DNA of 64,000 nt from Nitrosomonadales bacterium (GCA_036676355.1 JAKFDA010000071.1:29924-93923), one strand, 5' to 3'; shown: positions 1 to 12,842, counted from the stretch's first letter. The notes: generated by a model from the sequence alone, not told the origin. Translations and numbers: made by a program.

Positions 1-681
1 AAGGTTGAAGTGAGAAATGCGCTGCCTTCCATCGTGTTCGGCCAGACAGACGGCTTGAGCGTGGGCGATGTCGTGCTTGCCATCGGCAATCCCTTCGGTG
101 TCGGCCAGACCGTGACCATGGGCATCGTCAGCGCACTCGGTCGCACGCACCTCGGCATCAACACGTACGAGAACTTCATTCAGACCGATGCGGCGATCAA
201 CCCGGGCAATTCGGGCGGCGCGCTCATCGATACCGCCGGCAATCTCATCGGCATCAACACCGCGATTTTTTCGCGCACCGGCGGCTCGCTCGGCATCGGC
301 TTCGCGATTCCGGCCTCAACCGCCAAGGAAGTGATGGAGCAGATCATCGAAACCGGCAGCGTCACGCGCGGTTTCATCGGTGTCGAAGCGCAGGAAATTA
401 CGCCCGAACTGGCGGAAGCGTTTGCCCTGTCTACCGTGCAGGGCGCGTTGATTGCCGGCGTTGTCGGCGGCGGCCCTGCCGATCAGGCCGGCGTGCGGCC
501 GCGCGACGTGTTGATCGCGATCGGCGACCAGCCGGTGGATGATCCGACAACGATGCTTAACATCGTGGCCGATCTCAAACCCGGTAGCCGGGTACCGATG
601 CGCCTGCGTCGTGACGGCAAGGATTTCGAAGTGGAAATCGTGGTTGGGCGTCGACCGCGGGCGAGCGCCGAGCGTCGCTAG
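1..681 (+). CDS. HtrA/DegS-family periplasmic serine endoprotease, C-terminal part (N-terminus upstream of window)
   Basis: The frame is open from base 1 (ORF track 10..681). It has the TDAAINPGNSGGAL catalytic-serine motif of trypsin-like HtrA proteases, followed by a single PDZ-like segment. Confidence 0.9.
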   Translation, partial: KVEVRNALPSIVFGQTDGLSVGDVVLAIGNPFGVGQTVTMGIVSALGRTHLGINTYENFIQTDAAINPGNSGGALIDTAGNLIGINTAIFSRTGGSLGIGFAIPASTAKEVMEQIIETGSVTRGFIGVEAQEITPELAEAFALSTVQGALIAGVVGGGPADQAGVRPRDVLIAIGDQPVDDPTTMLNIVADLKPGSRVPMRLRRDGKDFEVEIVVGRRPRASAERR

Positions 682-754
682 CAGTCAGGCATTGCGGATC
701 CGCATACTCGACTTCGGTCTATCGACTTCGACCGTGGGCTGACGCCGCGCGGCG

Positions 755-1555
755 TTACTTCGATTGCTGCTCCGAGCGATCGAGCTCTTCCTCCATCTCC
801 GCATCGCTCAGCGCCTTCCAGTCGCTGCGGGAGACGGGCCGCCCCATCAAACCGGACAGCAGAATGCCGAGTTCGTAGAGCAGCCAAAGCGGTACGGCGA
901 GCATGAACTGTGAAACCACATCGGGCGGCGTGAAAATAGCCGCGACGATGAACGCGCCGACGATCACATACGGCCGCGCCGACTTCAGTTTCTCGATCGA
1001 GACGATGCCCATGCGCACCAGCACGATCACCACGACCGGCACTTCGAATGTCAAACCGAAAGCGAAGAAAGTGGTGAGTGCGAAACTGAAATACTTCTCG
1101 ATGTCCGTCATCCACGCGACACCTTCCGGCGCAACCGCGCTCATGAACGCGAAGACGACCGGAAAGACCAGCGCGTAGGCGAACGACATACCCATCAGGA
1201 ACAACAGGAAGCTGGCGATGACCAGCGGCAGCATGAGGCGTTTTTCGTGGGTATACAGACCGGGCGCGACGAATGCCCAAAGCTGATAAAGCACGACCGG
1301 CAGCGCGATCACGAAAGCAAGCAAGGCCGCCACCTTGATGGGCACCAGGAAAACGCCGACCACGTCGGTCGCGATCATCTGCCCGCCCTGAGGTAACGCG
1401 GCGAGCATCGGCTCGGCGAAAATGCTGTAGATCTTCTGTGACCCCGGCCAGCCGAATGCCACGATCACGAAAACCACCGCGACCGCGAGTACGGCCTTGA
1501 CCACCCGCGAGCGCAACTCGATCAGATGGGAGATGAAACCGTCCTGGGTGTTCAT
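755..1555 (-). CDS. tatC: Twin-arginine translocase subunit TatC
   Basis: 266-aa polytopic protein with an N-terminal HLIELR motif, six hydrophobic spans and an FTPPD loop. Its start overlaps the tatB stop as ATGA. Confidence 0.95.
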   Translation of the reverse strand: MNTQDGFISHLIELRSRVVKAVLAVAVVFVIVAFGWPGSQKIYSIFAEPMLAALPQGGQMIATDVVGVFLVPIKVAALLAFVIALPVVLYQLWAFVAPGLYTHEKRLMLPLVIASFLLFLMGMSFAYALVFPVVFAFMSAVAPEGVAWMTDIEKYFSFALTTFFAFGLTFEVPVVVIVLVRMGIVSIEKLKSARPYVIVGAFIVAAIFTPPDVVSQFMLAVPLWLLYELGILLSGLMGRPVSRSDWKALSDAEMEEELDRSEQQSK

Positions 1556-1929
1556 TTAGCTTTGGATTCTTCGCTGACCGCAGGCGTAGTCGTAGTGTCC
1601 GGATTTTCGCTCGGCGCGACGGTGTCCGGGCTGTTGAGCGAAGCGACGCCTTTCTGGATTTCGTGTTCGGCGGCGTGAACTTCGTCGGTCACCTGCTTCA
1701 TCGATTCCTTCATCGACTGCGCGGCGCCTTCGAATTCGCTGCGCAGCTTGCGTAGTTCATCGAGTTCCATTTCACGACCGATATCCGCTTTCACGTCGCT
1801 GACATAGCGCTGCATGCGGCCGAACAAGTGGCCCGCGGTACGCGCCACTTTGGGCAGTCGCTCGGGGCCGATGACGACCAGCGCCACCACACCGATGACA
1901 AATAGTTCAAAAAAGCTGATATCGAACAT
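1552..1929 (-). CDS. tatB: Twin-arginine translocase subunit TatB
   Basis: ORF 1552..1989 trimmed to the ATG at 1929. This gives MFDISFFELFVIGVVALVVIGPERLPK, the TatA/B helix-hinge N-terminus, followed by an amphipathic and acidic tail. Confidence 0.9.
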   Translation of the reverse strand: MFDISFFELFVIGVVALVVIGPERLPKVARTAGHLFGRMQRYVSDVKADIGREMELDELRKLRSEFEGAAQSMKESMKQVTDEVHAAEHEIQKGVASLNSPDTVAPSENPDTTTTPAVSEESKAK

Positions 1930-1960
1930 GAGGAACCCAGGTCGAAGGGGGGCCGCCGCC

Positions 1961-1987
1961 GAAAAAAAGACGCCGGGCGGCCCCGGC
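1961..1987 (-). terminator. Intrinsic terminator/attenuator between tatA and tatB
   Basis: On the minus strand, hairpin GCCGGG-GCCG-CCCGGC is followed by G-TCTTTTTTTC. It lies in the 116-nt spacer between the tatA stop (2046) and the tatB start (1929). Confidence 0.6.
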
Positions 1988-2045
1988 ATCTTGTTCGTGA
2001 TTGCTACGGAAACGCCGGCCGCGGTCGACGGAGGCGTACAGCACC

Positions 2046-2270
2046 TCAGACTTTATTGCTGTTTTCCTGTTTCACTTCGGCGTCGATGGTGTGACCTGTG
2101 ACTTGCGGCTGGACTGCGCCGGACGACTCGTCGGTCGAACGCATGCCTTCCTTGAAGCCCTTCACCGCGCCTCCCAGATCCGCGCCCATGTTCCGCAACT
2201 TCTTGGTGCCGAACACCAGCATGACGATCAGCAGGACGATCAACCAGTGCCAGATGCTGAATGAACCCAT
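2046..2270 (-). CDS. tatA: Twin-arginine translocase subunit TatA
   Basis: 74 aa starting [29 protein letters not shown], a canonical TatA N-terminus. Confidence 0.95.
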   Translation of the reverse strand: MGSFSIWHWLIVLLIVMLVFGTKKLRNMGADLGGAVKGFKEGMRSTDESSGAVQPQVTGHTIDAEVKQENSNKV

Positions 2271-2282
2271 AGCCGTACTCCT

Positions 2283-2639
2283 TTAATCGCGCCGCAGCAT
2301 GGGCGGCAGTGCGGTCGGTCCGGAGAGAATGTGGACGTGAAGATGATACACCTCCTGCCCGCCGATTCGCCCCGTGTTGATGATAGTGCGGAAGCCATCC
2401 GTAGCGCCCTGTTCGCGTGCCAGTTTGGGCACCAGAAGCATGATTTTTCCAAGCACCGCTTGATGGCTAATATCACATTCGGCAAGCGATGCGACGTGAA
2501 GTTTCGGAATCACGAGCACATGTACAGGCGCATGCGGACGAATGTCATGAAACGCGATGATTTCATCGTCCTCGTATACCTTCTCGCACGGCAATTCGCC
2601 GCGCCCGATTTTGCAGAAAATGCAGTTTTCGTCCGTCAT
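2283..2639 (-). CDS. HIT-family (histidine triad) nucleotide hydrolase
   Basis: 118 aa with the histidine triad HLHVHIL near the C-terminus and N-terminal CIFCKI. Confidence 0.9.
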   Translation of the reverse strand: MTDENCIFCKIGRGELPCEKVYEDDEIIAFHDIRPHAPVHVLVIPKLHVASLAECDISHQAVLGKIMLLVPKLAREQGATDGFRTIINTGRIGGQEVYHLHVHILSGPTALPPMLRRD

Positions 2640-2649
2640 GCCATCCGCC

Positions 2650-3012
2650 CTAGCGCTTCTCGCTCGCCACTCTCACATCATTCCCCCGGGCGGCCTTCTC
2701 ATCCAGGCCCGAGAGGCCTTCCCGCCGGGCCAACTCCGCCAGCACATCGCGCGGGCGCAGATCGTAGTGCGCCAGCGCGACCAGGCAGTGGAACCATAGA
2801 TCGGCCATTTCCGCGACGATGGCGGGGCGATTGCCGTCCTTGGAAGCCATCACCACCTCAGTGGCTTCCTCGCCGATTTTCTTCAGAATCGCATCGTCGC
2901 CTTTGGTCAGCAGGCGCGCGACATAGGATTTGTCGGGGTCGCCGCCCTTGCGGCTCTCCACCACATCGGCCAGCCGCTCCAGCACATTCATCGATTCGTT
3001 CATATTCGCCAC
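2650..3012 (-). CDS. hisE: Phosphoribosyl-ATP pyrophosphatase
   Basis: 120 aa with a HisE-like pattern ([25 protein letters not shown]). It sits directly downstream of hisI in the his operon. Confidence 0.9.
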   Translation of the reverse strand: MANMNESMNVLERLADVVESRKGGDPDKSYVARLLTKGDDAILKKIGEEATEVVMASKDGNRPAIVAEMADLWFHCLVALAHYDLRPRDVLAELARREGLSGLDEKAARGNDVRVASEKR

Positions 3013-3019
3013 TGCCCGT

Positions 3020-3412
3020 CTACTTGGTCCGATACATGGTCGCGGGGTCTTTCAGCGGCTGGTCCATGACGACCCACTCACCGTCCACCAGCTTCTGATA
3101 GAAACAACTCGGCCGCCCGGTATGGCAGGCGATCCCGCCCGCCTGTTCGATCTTGAGCAGCACCACGTCGTTGTCGCAGTCGAGACGGATCTCACGCACG
3201 CGCTGGGTATGCCCCGATTCTTCGCCCTTGCGCCAGAGTTTGCCGCGCGAACGTGAAAAGTAAACGACATCGCCGGTCGACGCGGTCTGCGCCAGCGCCT
3301 CGCGATTCATCCACGCGAACATGAGAATCCGGCCGCTGCGGTCGTCCTGGGCAATAACGGGAACGAGACCGTTCGCGTCCCACGCGACCGAATCCAGCCA
3401 CGCCTCGCTCAC
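3020..3412 (-). CDS. hisI: Phosphoribosyl-AMP cyclohydrolase
   Basis: ORF 3020..3700 trimmed to GTG 3412, which forms a GTGA overlap with the hisF stop. The 130-aa product has the motif [20 protein letters not shown]...[26 protein letters not shown]. Confidence 0.88.
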   Translation of the reverse strand: MSEAWLDSVAWDANGLVPVIAQDDRSGRILMFAWMNREALAQTASTGDVVYFSRSRGKLWRKGEESGHTQRVREIRLDCDNDVVLLKIEQAGGIACHTGRPSCFYQKLVDGEWVVMDQPLKDPATMYRTK

Positions 3413-4167
3413 TGACGGACCTCGATACCGCGCTCGGCCATCACCGCCTTGGCCTGCGCCACGGTGTATTCGCCGAAATGAAAAATACTCGCTGCCAGCA
3501 CTGCGTCCGCGCCGCCTGTCTGTACGCCATCGGCCAGATGTTCGAGCGATCCGACGCCACCGCTGGCAATGACCGGGATGTTGACCGCGCCCGCGACCGC
3601 GCGCGTCAGTTCGAGATCGAAACCTTCGCGCGTGCCGTCGCGGTCCATGCTGGTCAGCAGGATTTCGCCTGCGCCCAGCGCTTCGACCTTGCGCGCCCAT
3701 TCAACGGCATCCAGGCCACTCGCTGTGCGCCCGCCATGAGTGAATACTTCCCAGCGATCATCGACCCGTTTGGCGTCGATCGCCACCACGATGCATTGCG
3801 AGCCGTAGCGATCGGTGGCGTCCTGGACGAGTTGTGGATTCTGCACCGCGGAAGTATTGATCGACACCTTGTCGGCGCCTGCATTCAGCAGCCGGCGCAC
3901 GTCTTCGACCTTGCGCACGCCACCGCCCACGGTGAGCGGAATGAACACCTGGGAAGCAACCTGTTCGATGACGTGCAGAATGAGATCGCGGTCATCGGAA
4001 GTCGCCGTGATATCGAGGAAGCACAATTCGTCGGCGCCCTGTTCGTCATAGCGACGTGCGATTTCGACGGGATCGCCGGCGTCGCGCAGTTCGACGAAAT
4101 TGACCCCTTTGACGACCCGTCCGCTGGTCACGTCGAGACAGGGAATGATGCGTTTGGCGAGACTCAT
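3409..4167 (-). CDS. hisF: Imidazole glycerol phosphate synthase cyclase subunit
   Basis: 252 aa with [16 protein letters not shown] at the N-terminus and [10 protein letters not shown] at the C-terminus. Confidence 0.95.
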   Translation of the reverse strand: MSLAKRIIPCLDVTSGRVVKGVNFVELRDAGDPVEIARRYDEQGADELCFLDITATSDDRDLILHVIEQVASQVFIPLTVGGGVRKVEDVRRLLNAGADKVSINTSAVQNPQLVQDATDRYGSQCIVVAIDAKRVDDRWEVFTHGGRTASGLDAVEWARKVEALGAGEILLTSMDRDGTREGFDLELTRAVAGAVNIPVIASGGVGSLEHLADGVQTGGADAVLAASIFHFGEYTVAQAKAVMAERGIEVRQ

Positions 4168-4196
4168 GACATACGAGCAGCAGGTCGCACGGCGAC

Positions 4197-4955
4197 CTAC
4201 TCTTCGGCCTCGTCTTCGCCGGAGAGCGCATCGGCGACGGCCTGCGCTTCAGCGAAGTCGAGCGTGCCTTCATAGACGGCACGGCCGGTAATGACGCCCA
4301 TGACGCCTTCGGACTCCACCGCGCACAAGGCCTTCACGCCTTCGATATCGCTCAAGCCGCCGCTGGCGATCACCGGGATGCGCAGCTGACGCGCCAGCGC
4401 AACCGTCGCGTCGACGTTGACGCCGGTGAGCATGCCGTCGCGCCCGATGTCGGTGTAGAGAATCGCCTCGACGCCGTAATCCTGGAATTTTTTGGCCAGA
4501 TCGACGACATCGTGGCGGGTCATTTTCGACCAGCCTTCGACCGCAACCTTGCCGTCCTTGGCATCGAGCGCAACGATGATGTTGCCCTGGAACGCGGTGC
4601 ACGCGTCCTGCAGGAAGCCCGGGTTCTTCACCGCCGCCGTACCGATGACGATGTAGCTCACGCCGCAATCGATGTAGCGCTCGATGGTGTCGAGATCGCG
4701 GATGCCGCCGCCCAACTGGATCGGCAGTTCGTCGCCGACCGCATCGACGATCCGGCGAATCACCGCCTCGTTCTTCGGCTTGCCGGCCACGGCACCGTTC
4801 AGATCGACCACATGCAGGCGCCGCGCACCGAGTTCGAGCCAGTGGCGCGCCATACCGACGGGGTCTTCGGAGAAGACGGTGGCATCGTCCATATCGCCTT
4901 GCTTCAGGCGTACACAGCGGCCGTCTTTGAGATCTATCGCAGGAATGATGACCAT
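4197..4955 (-). CDS. hisA: ProFAR isomerase
   Basis: 252 aa starting [21 protein letters not shown], with the duplicated phosphate-binding GGGIR / ASGG motifs. Confidence 0.95.
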   Translation of the reverse strand: MVIIPAIDLKDGRCVRLKQGDMDDATVFSEDPVGMARHWLELGARRLHVVDLNGAVAGKPKNEAVIRRIVDAVGDELPIQLGGGIRDLDTIERYIDCGVSYIVIGTAAVKNPGFLQDACTAFQGNIIVALDAKDGKVAVEGWSKMTRHDVVDLAKKFQDYGVEAILYTDIGRDGMLTGVNVDATVALARQLRIPVIASGGLSDIEGVKALCAVESEGVMGVITGRAVYEGTLDFAEAQAVADALSGEDEAEE

Positions 4956-5022
4956 CGCGTCAGGGTTCGCGTGGGAGTGGAAAGGAAGTTAGTAGGTTTG
5001 CAGAGAATTGGTGCGTTCGGTC

Positions 5023-5664
5023 TCAGGGATGCCAGGAGACGAAATTCGACAGCAACTGCAACCCAGCCGTATGGCTTTTTTCGGGGTGAAACTGAACTGC
5101 GAAAATGTTATCCCGAGCCACCGCACAGGTAAAGCGAAAAGCGTAATCAGCATAACCGGCGACGAGTTCTTTTACATTCGTCTCGACATAGTAACTGTGC
5201 ACGAAATAAAAGCGCTCCGCGTCCGCGATATTCCGCCATAGCGCGTGCGCCTGTGCATGATGCACGTTATTCCAGCCCATATGGGGCACTTTCAACCGCT
5301 CGCCCTGTGCGTCATGCATGGCCTCGGCCGGAAAGCGGCGCACCCGCCCCGGCAATACGCCAAGACCGGCCACACCCCCACCTTCTTCGCTATGTTCGAA
5401 CAGCATCTGCAGTCCGATGCAGATTCCCAGGAAAGGCTTGGTCCTGGCGGCCTCGAGCAACGCCGCGCGCAAACCGCGCGCATCCATTTCGCGCATGCAA
5501 TCGCGCATCGCGCCCTGTCCGGGGAAAACGACACGCTCGGCCGCGGCGATATCGGCCGGATTGTCGGTCACGCGGACTTCCGCGTCCGGCGCGATATGCT
5601 CGATCGCTTTTGAGACCGAGCGCAGATTGCCCATGCCGTAGTCGACGACGGCGATAGCGGTCAT
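5023..5664 (-). CDS. hisH: Imidazole glycerol phosphate synthase glutaminase subunit
   Basis: 213 aa starting MTAIAVVDYGMGNLRSV, with catalytic GICIGLQ and FHPEKS near the C-terminus. Confidence 0.95.
   Translation of the reverse strand: MTAIAVVDYGMGNLRSVSKAIEHIAPDAEVRVTDNPADIAAAERVVFPGQGAMRDCMREMDARGLRAALLEAARTKPFLGICIGLQMLFEHSEEGGGVAGLGVLPGRVRRFPAEAMHDAQGERLKVPHMGWNNVHHAQAHALWRNIADAERFYFVHSYYVETNVKELVAGYADYAFRFTCAVARDNIFAVQFHPEKSHTAGLQLLSNFVSWHP
5631..5655. repeat. 25-nt direct repeat, copy 1 (true hisH 5' end)
   Basis: CCATGCCGTAGTCGACGACGGCGAT is identical to 5759..5783, 128 nt away. Confidence 0.95.
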
Positions 5665-5714
5665 GCTGAGAAATCCATATCGGAGTCAAACGGCGCCGCC
5701 CCGGCATCTGACTC

Positions 5715-5748
5715 GGGGGATATACAAGGGGACATCGCCACCTTGTTC
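5715..5748. repeat. Short hairpin repeat element, copy A
   Basis: GGGGGATATACAAGGGG-ACATCGCCAC-CTTGTTC, with ACAAGG/CCTTGT forming the stem. A closely similar string occurs at 39832..39862. Confidence 0.6.
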
Positions 5749-5758
5749 AAGCAGCGTT

Positions 5759-5783
5759 CCATGCCGTAGTCGACGACGGCGAT
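5759..5783. repeat. 25-nt direct repeat, copy 2 (duplicated hisH 5' fragment abutting hisB stop)
   Basis: Identical to 5631..5655. Confidence 0.95.
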
Positions 5784-5788
5784 CGAAG

Positions 5789-6388
5789 TCATGCGGACAG
5801 TGTTCCCTTGGTCGAAGGCACGACGCCCGCCGCACGCGGATCGACCTCCAGCGCCACACGCAGCGCGCGCGCGAAGGCCTTGAACACCGTCTCGCACTGA
5901 TGGTGCGCGTTCACGCCGCGCAAATTATCGATGTGCAAAGTGACCAGCGCGTGATTGACGAAGCCCTGGAAAAACTCGTGTACCAGGTCGACATCGAACT
6001 CGCCGATCATGGCGCGCGTGAAGGGCACGTGAAACTCCAACCCCGGGCGGCCGGAAAAATCGATAACCACACGCGACAGCGCTTCATCCAGCGGCACATA
6101 GGCGTGGCCGTAGCGGCGCAGCCCCTTCTTGTCGCCGACCGCTTTGGCAAACGCCTGACCAAGCGTGATGCCGATGTCCTCGACCGTGTGATGGGCATCG
6201 ATATGCAAATCGCCCTTGGCGCTGACGTCGATATCGATCAGACCATGACGCACGATCTGGTCGAGCATGTGATCGAGGAACGGTACACCGGTTGCGAGCT
6301 TGCCTATACCCGTGCCGTCGAGATTGATCGATACGGCAATCTGCGTTTCGTTGGTATTGCGAGTGATCTGGGCGGTTCTCATTTTCAA
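5789..6388 (-). CDS. hisB: Imidazoleglycerol-phosphate dehydratase
   Basis: 199 aa with RNTNETQI and the metal-binding motifs [11 protein letters not shown] and NAHHQCE. It is the monofunctional form. Confidence 0.95.
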   Translation of the reverse strand: MKMRTAQITRNTNETQIAVSINLDGTGIGKLATGVPFLDHMLDQIVRHGLIDIDVSAKGDLHIDAHHTVEDIGITLGQAFAKAVGDKKGLRRYGHAYVPLDEALSRVVIDFSGRPGLEFHVPFTRAMIGEFDVDLVHEFFQGFVNHALVTLHIDNLRGVNAHHQCETVFKAFARALRVALEVDPRAAGVVPSTKGTLSA

Positions 6389-6400
6389 TGCTCCCTGGCG

Positions 6401-7477
6401 CTACAGGCTCGCCCGCAATGCGGCCAGCAGTTGTTGATTTTCCTCCGGCGTCCCGACCGTGAAGCGCAAACAGTTTTCCAGCAACCGGTGGGTGCCGTGT
6501 AAATTGCGCACCAGCACCTTGCGCGCTTCCAGTCGGCGGTACAGATCGTCAGCGTTCGGCACACGCGCCAGTATAAAGTTCGCTTCGCTCGCATAGAGCG
6601 TCAACTGCGGCAAGGTTCGCAATGCCGTTACGAGGTGCGCCCGATCGGCGCGAATCCGCGCCGCCTGCGCATCCAGCACATCGAGCCGTTCCAGCGCACG
6701 TCCCGCAATCGCTTGCGTCAGGACATTGACGTTATACGGCGGCCTGAGTTTGTCGAACTCGCGTATCCATTCCGGCCGCGCGGCGGCATAGCCGAGGCGG
6801 ATACCCGCCAAGCCGAGCTTGGACACGGTGCGCATGACCATGAGGTTGGAATAACGCGCCAGACGGTCCATGAAGCTTTTGCCGGCGAAAGCGTGATACG
6901 CCTCGTCGACCACGACGAAGCCGGGCGAGGCTTCGATAATCGCTTCCACATCGCGCTCGGCAAACAGATTGCCGGTCGGATTATTCGGATAGGCGATGAA
7001 CGTCAACGCCGGCTGGTGCTCGCGCACCGCGGCAAGAAAACGCCCCGCATCCAGGCTGAAATCGTCCGCCAGCGGCACGCCGACATAACGCATGCGCGAG
7101 TAAATCGCGTTCATGCGATACATCGCGAACGAAGGCTCCGGCGCGAGCATGACCGCGTCGGGACGCGCCAGCGTCTGCGTCACCATCGTGATGATTTCGT
7201 CCGAGCCGTTGCCGATCAGCACGTCGCAGTCGGCCGGAATGCCGAATGCCTTTCGCAGGTGCGCGCGCAACGCCGGCGCGTTCGGATCGGGGTAGCGATT
7301 CAACGGCGTGTCGGCGATGAGATCGCCGAGTTCCGCGCGCATGTCGGGCGGCAGCACGTAAGGGTTCTCCATCGCATCCAGCTTCACCATGCCGGCGGCC
7401 GGCGCGACGTGATAGGCGTTGAGGTCAAGAATTTCCTCGCGCACCAGCGCGGCCGGAGTTTTGTCGGCGGCGCCCAT
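6401..7477 (-). CDS. hisC: Histidinol-phosphate aminotransferase
   Basis: ORF 6401..7822 trimmed to ATG 7477, which forms a TAATG junction with the hisD stop. The product has LNRYPDP and a PLP-lysine context MRTVSKLGLAG. Confidence 0.9.
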   Translation of the reverse strand: MGAADKTPAALVREEILDLNAYHVAPAAGMVKLDAMENPYVLPPDMRAELGDLIADTPLNRYPDPNAPALRAHLRKAFGIPADCDVLIGNGSDEIITMVTQTLARPDAVMLAPEPSFAMYRMNAIYSRMRYVGVPLADDFSLDAGRFLAAVREHQPALTFIAYPNNPTGNLFAERDVEAIIEASPGFVVVDEAYHAFAGKSFMDRLARYSNLMVMRTVSKLGLAGIRLGYAAARPEWIREFDKLRPPYNVNVLTQAIAGRALERLDVLDAQAARIRADRAHLVTALRTLPQLTLYASEANFILARVPNADDLYRRLEARKVLVRNLHGTHRLLENCLRFTVGTPEENQQLLAALRASL

Positions 7478-8781
7478 TACTTGCCCTTCAGCCGGTATTC
7501 GGCCGAGCGCGCGTGCGCCTGCAACCCCTCGCCGTATGCCAGGGTCGCGGCAATGCGGCCGAGCGTATCGGCGCCCTCGCGCGACACCTTGATCAGGCTC
7601 GAACGCTTCTGGAAATCGTACACGCCGAGCGGCGAGGAAAAGCGCGCGGTACGCGAGGTGGGCAGCACATGATTGGGACCGGCGCAGTAATCGCCCAGCG
7701 ATTCGGAGGTGTACGGTCCCATGAAAATGGCGCCGGCGTGGCGAATCTTTTTTGCCCACACATCTGCATCGCGTACAGACAGTTCCAGATGTTCGGGCGC
7801 GATACGATTGGCGATCTCGCACGCCTCGTCCAGATTGCGCACCTGGATCAGCGCACCGCGATTGGTAAGCGACGTTGCGATCACTTCACGACGCGGCATG
7901 TCGGCCAACTGCCGATCGACGCTCGCCGCAACGCGTTCGATGAATTCCGCGCTCGGCGAAATCAGGATCGCCTGCGCCACCTCGTCGTGCTCGGCCTGCG
8001 AGAACAGATCCATGGCGATCCAGTCGGGATCGGTTTCGCCGTCGCAAATCACCAGGATTTCGGATGGCCCGGCCACCATGTCGATGCCGACCACACCGAA
8101 CACGCGACGCTTCGCCGCGGCGACATACGCGTTGCCCGGACCGACGACCTTGTCCACCTGCGGAATCGTTTCAGTACCGTAAGCGAGCGCACCGACAGCC
8201 TGCGCGCCGCCGATGGCGAAGACACGATCGACGCCGGCAATCGCCGCCGCGGCAAGCACCAGTTCGTTCCGTTCGCCGCCCGGCGTGGGCACCACCATGA
8301 TCAACTCGTGCACGCCGGCCACTTTGGCGGGTATCGCATTCATCAGCACCGACGACGGGTACGCAGCCTTGCCGCCCGGCACGTACAGGCCGGCGCGATC
8401 GAGCGCTGTGATCTGCTGACCGAGCACGGTGCCGTCGGGTTCCGTGTAGCTCCACGATTCGGCACACTGCCGTTCGTGATACCGGCGCACGCGCTCGGCC
8501 GCCTGCTCCAGCGCTTCGCGACGCTCGCGCGGCAACCCCTCGAGTGCGGCCGCGAGTTCTGCACGCGGAATTTCCAGCTCGGCGAGCGAAGCCGCGGACA
8601 CGCGATCGAAGCGCTCGGTGTATTCGAGCACCGCGGCGTCGCCGCGCTTGCGCACGTCGGCAAGAATGCCGGCCACCGCGCGATCGACGTTTTCGTCCTG
8701 CGCCGCTTCGAGCGCCGTCAACGCGGCAAGTTGCGCATCGAAATCGGACTGCGCGATATTGAGCCGTCTGATATCAACCAT
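7477..8781 (-). CDS. hisD: Histidinol dehydrogenase
   Basis: 434 aa of full-length HisD-like sequence. It has an 8-nt overlap with the hisG stop. Confidence 0.95.
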   Translation of the reverse strand: MVDIRRLNIAQSDFDAQLAALTALEAAQDENVDRAVAGILADVRKRGDAAVLEYTERFDRVSAASLAELEIPRAELAAALEGLPRERREALEQAAERVRRYHERQCAESWSYTEPDGTVLGQQITALDRAGLYVPGGKAAYPSSVLMNAIPAKVAGVHELIMVVPTPGGERNELVLAAAAIAGVDRVFAIGGAQAVGALAYGTETIPQVDKVVGPGNAYVAAAKRRVFGVVGIDMVAGPSEILVICDGETDPDWIAMDLFSQAEHDEVAQAILISPSAEFIERVAASVDRQLADMPRREVIATSLTNRGALIQVRNLDEACEIANRIAPEHLELSVRDADVWAKKIRHAGAIFMGPYTSESLGDYCAGPNHVLPTSRTARFSSPLGVYDFQKRSSLIKVSREGADTLGRIAATLAYGEGLQAHARSAEYRLKGK

Positions 8782-9424
8782 TGCTTGTCACTGCGGATTC
8801 GAACGCATCGAGCACGGGCTGCAGCAACTCGCGTTTCAGTTTCAGCGCCGCCCGGTTGACGATCAGGCGCGAACTGATGGGCATGATCTCTTCCACCGCA
8901 CGCAGATTGTTCGCCTTCAATGTCCCCCCGCTGCTGACCAGATCGACGATTGCATCGGCCAAGCCCACCAACGGCGCGAGTTCCATCGAGCCGTACAGCT
9001 TGATGAGGTCCACGTGCACGCCTTTGCGGGCGAAGTGCTCGCGCGCGATGCGGATGTACTTGGTCGCCACCCTCAGCCGCGCGCCCTGGCACACTGCGGA
9101 TTCGTAGTCGAAACCTTCCGGCACCGCGACCATCATGCGGCACTTGGCGATTTCCAGGTCGAGCGGCTGATACAAACCTTCGCCGCCGTGTTCGTAGAGC
9201 ACATCCTTGCCGGCGATGCCGACGTCCGCCGCGCCGTATTGCACGTAGGTCGGCGTGTCCGAGGCGCGCACGATCACGAGTCGCACGTCCGGCCGGTTGG
9301 TGCCGATAATGAGTTTGCGCGAGGTCTCGGGATTCTCCTGCGGAGCGATCCCGGCGGCGGCGAGCAAGGGCGCCGTCTCGTCGAAAATGCGGCCCTTCGA
9401 CAGGGCGATGGTAATGCCGGACAC
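8774..9424 (-). CDS. hisG: ATP phosphoribosyltransferase, short form
   Basis: ORF 8774..9523 trimmed to GTG 9424, giving (M)[12 protein letters not shown]. The 216-aa length matches short-form HisG, which works with HisZ in characterised systems. hisZ is not in the window. Confidence 0.88.
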   Translation of the reverse strand: MSGITIALSKGRIFDETAPLLAAAGIAPQENPETSRKLIIGTNRPDVRLVIVRASDTPTYVQYGAADVGIAGKDVLYEHGGEGLYQPLDLEIAKCRMMVAVPEGFDYESAVCQGARLRVATKYIRIAREHFARKGVHVDLIKLYGSMELAPLVGLADAIVDLVSSGGTLKANNLRAVEEIMPISSRLIVNRAALKLKRELLQPVLDAFESAVTSNG

Positions 9425-9667
9425 TGAAATGATCCGTTCAGATGCTAAGAATGATGGCAAGCACGCCAGTTGCGTGAGCCGGAAGGCCTTCACGACGACA
9501 TCGATCCGTCGCGCGCCGAACAAGCCCGCGGAATGCTCCGGCTGGCGCTAATGCACGGATTCTACTCGAAAGACTGTACGAAAGACCGGCCCGGCGAGAA
9601 CAGCGTATCCACGCACGACGCTGTCCGGTGCGCGCGATACCCGTCAGCGCACACCGCGTGATGCTGT

Positions 9668-11936
<2,269 letters not shown>

Positions 11937-11940
<4 letters not shown>

Positions 11941-12842
11941 CGCGTCGCCTCGCTGTGCATGATGTTGACAAAGACCTCTTCCAGATCGGGATGGGCGACT
12001 TCCATCTCCAGGATGCGGCAGCCGGCGTTGCGCAAAGCGGCGAGCGTGATTTCGACATCGGCATAATCGTCGAGCTTGAAGCGATAGTGCCCATTTTGGT
12101 CATGCGTCGCCTTCGCCAGCAGCGCATCGGGCAGCTTGCCCTCCATGCGTACCTGCAAATGCAGCCCGGGAAGCCGACGAATCAAATTGGCCGGTGTATC
12201 CAGTGCGACCAGCCGCCCCTGCTTCAGCATGCCGATGCGATTGCACAGCATCTCCGCCTCTTCGAGGTAATGCGTGGTCAGCACGATGGTGTGGCCGGCA
12301 CGGTTCAACTGACGGACGAATGCCCACAGTCCCTGGCGCAACTCCACATCGACGCCGGCAGTCGGTTCGTCGAGCACGATGACGGGCGGACGATGAACCA
12401 GCGCCTGCGCAACCAGCACGCGTCGTTTCATGCCGCCCGACAGCGCGCGCATATTGGCGTCCGCCTTGTCGGTCAGATCGAGGTGATGCATCACTTCGTC
12501 GATCCAGGCGTCATTGCGCTTCAAGCCGAAATAACCCGACTGAATGCGCAGAGTCTCGCGCACCGTGAAAAACGGATCGAACACGAGTTCCTGCGGCACC
12601 ACACCGAGCAGACGACGGGCGGCGCGATATTCGGTGACGACGTCGCGCCCCATGACGCGTGCGCTCCCCGCGGTCGGCCTGACCAGTCCGGCGAGGATGC
12701 TGATGAGCGTGGTTTTGCCGGCGCCGTTTGGGCCCAGCAAGCCGAAAAACTCGCCTTCCTGAATTTGCAGATCGACGCCTGCCAGCGCCTGCAGCGCACG
12801 GTAGCGCTTGGCCAGCCCATTGATATCGATTGCCGCAATCAT
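11937..12842 (-). CDS. ABC transporter ATP-binding protein (partner of ABC-2 permease)
   Basis: Walker [10 protein letters not shown], signature LSGGMKRR and Walker B VIVLDEPT. Confidence 0.9.

Larger units (their letters stand above)
5661..5792 (-). other. 43-codon bridging ORF across an insertion in the hisB-hisH junction (coding status uncertain)
   Basis: ATG 5792 overlaps the hisB stop as ATGA. The ORF starts [11 protein letters not shown], a copy of the hisH N-terminus. It reads through the insert and stops at TGA 5661-5663, which overlaps the true hisH ATG, again as ATGA. Confidence 0.4.

Noticed and set aside
7513-8859. Long ORFs (300-450 aa) antisense to well-conserved genes. Examples: 7513..8859 opposite hisD, 9740..11053 opposite murA, 17195..18508 opposite the EBP, 25155..26357 opposite gspF, 35448..36527 opposite the antiporter, and 62638..63951 opposite ppc.
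   Set aside because: These are typical stop-codon-poor shadow frames of high-GC DNA. Their products are Arg/Ala/Gly/His-rich low-complexity strings with no recognisable motifs. The opposite strand carries unmistakable conserved genes.
9425-9667. Possible his-operon leader peptide or attenuator in the 243-bp murA-hisG spacer.
   Set aside because: No short ORF with a run of His codons is present on the minus strand. There is only an imperfect GC hairpin without a T-tract.
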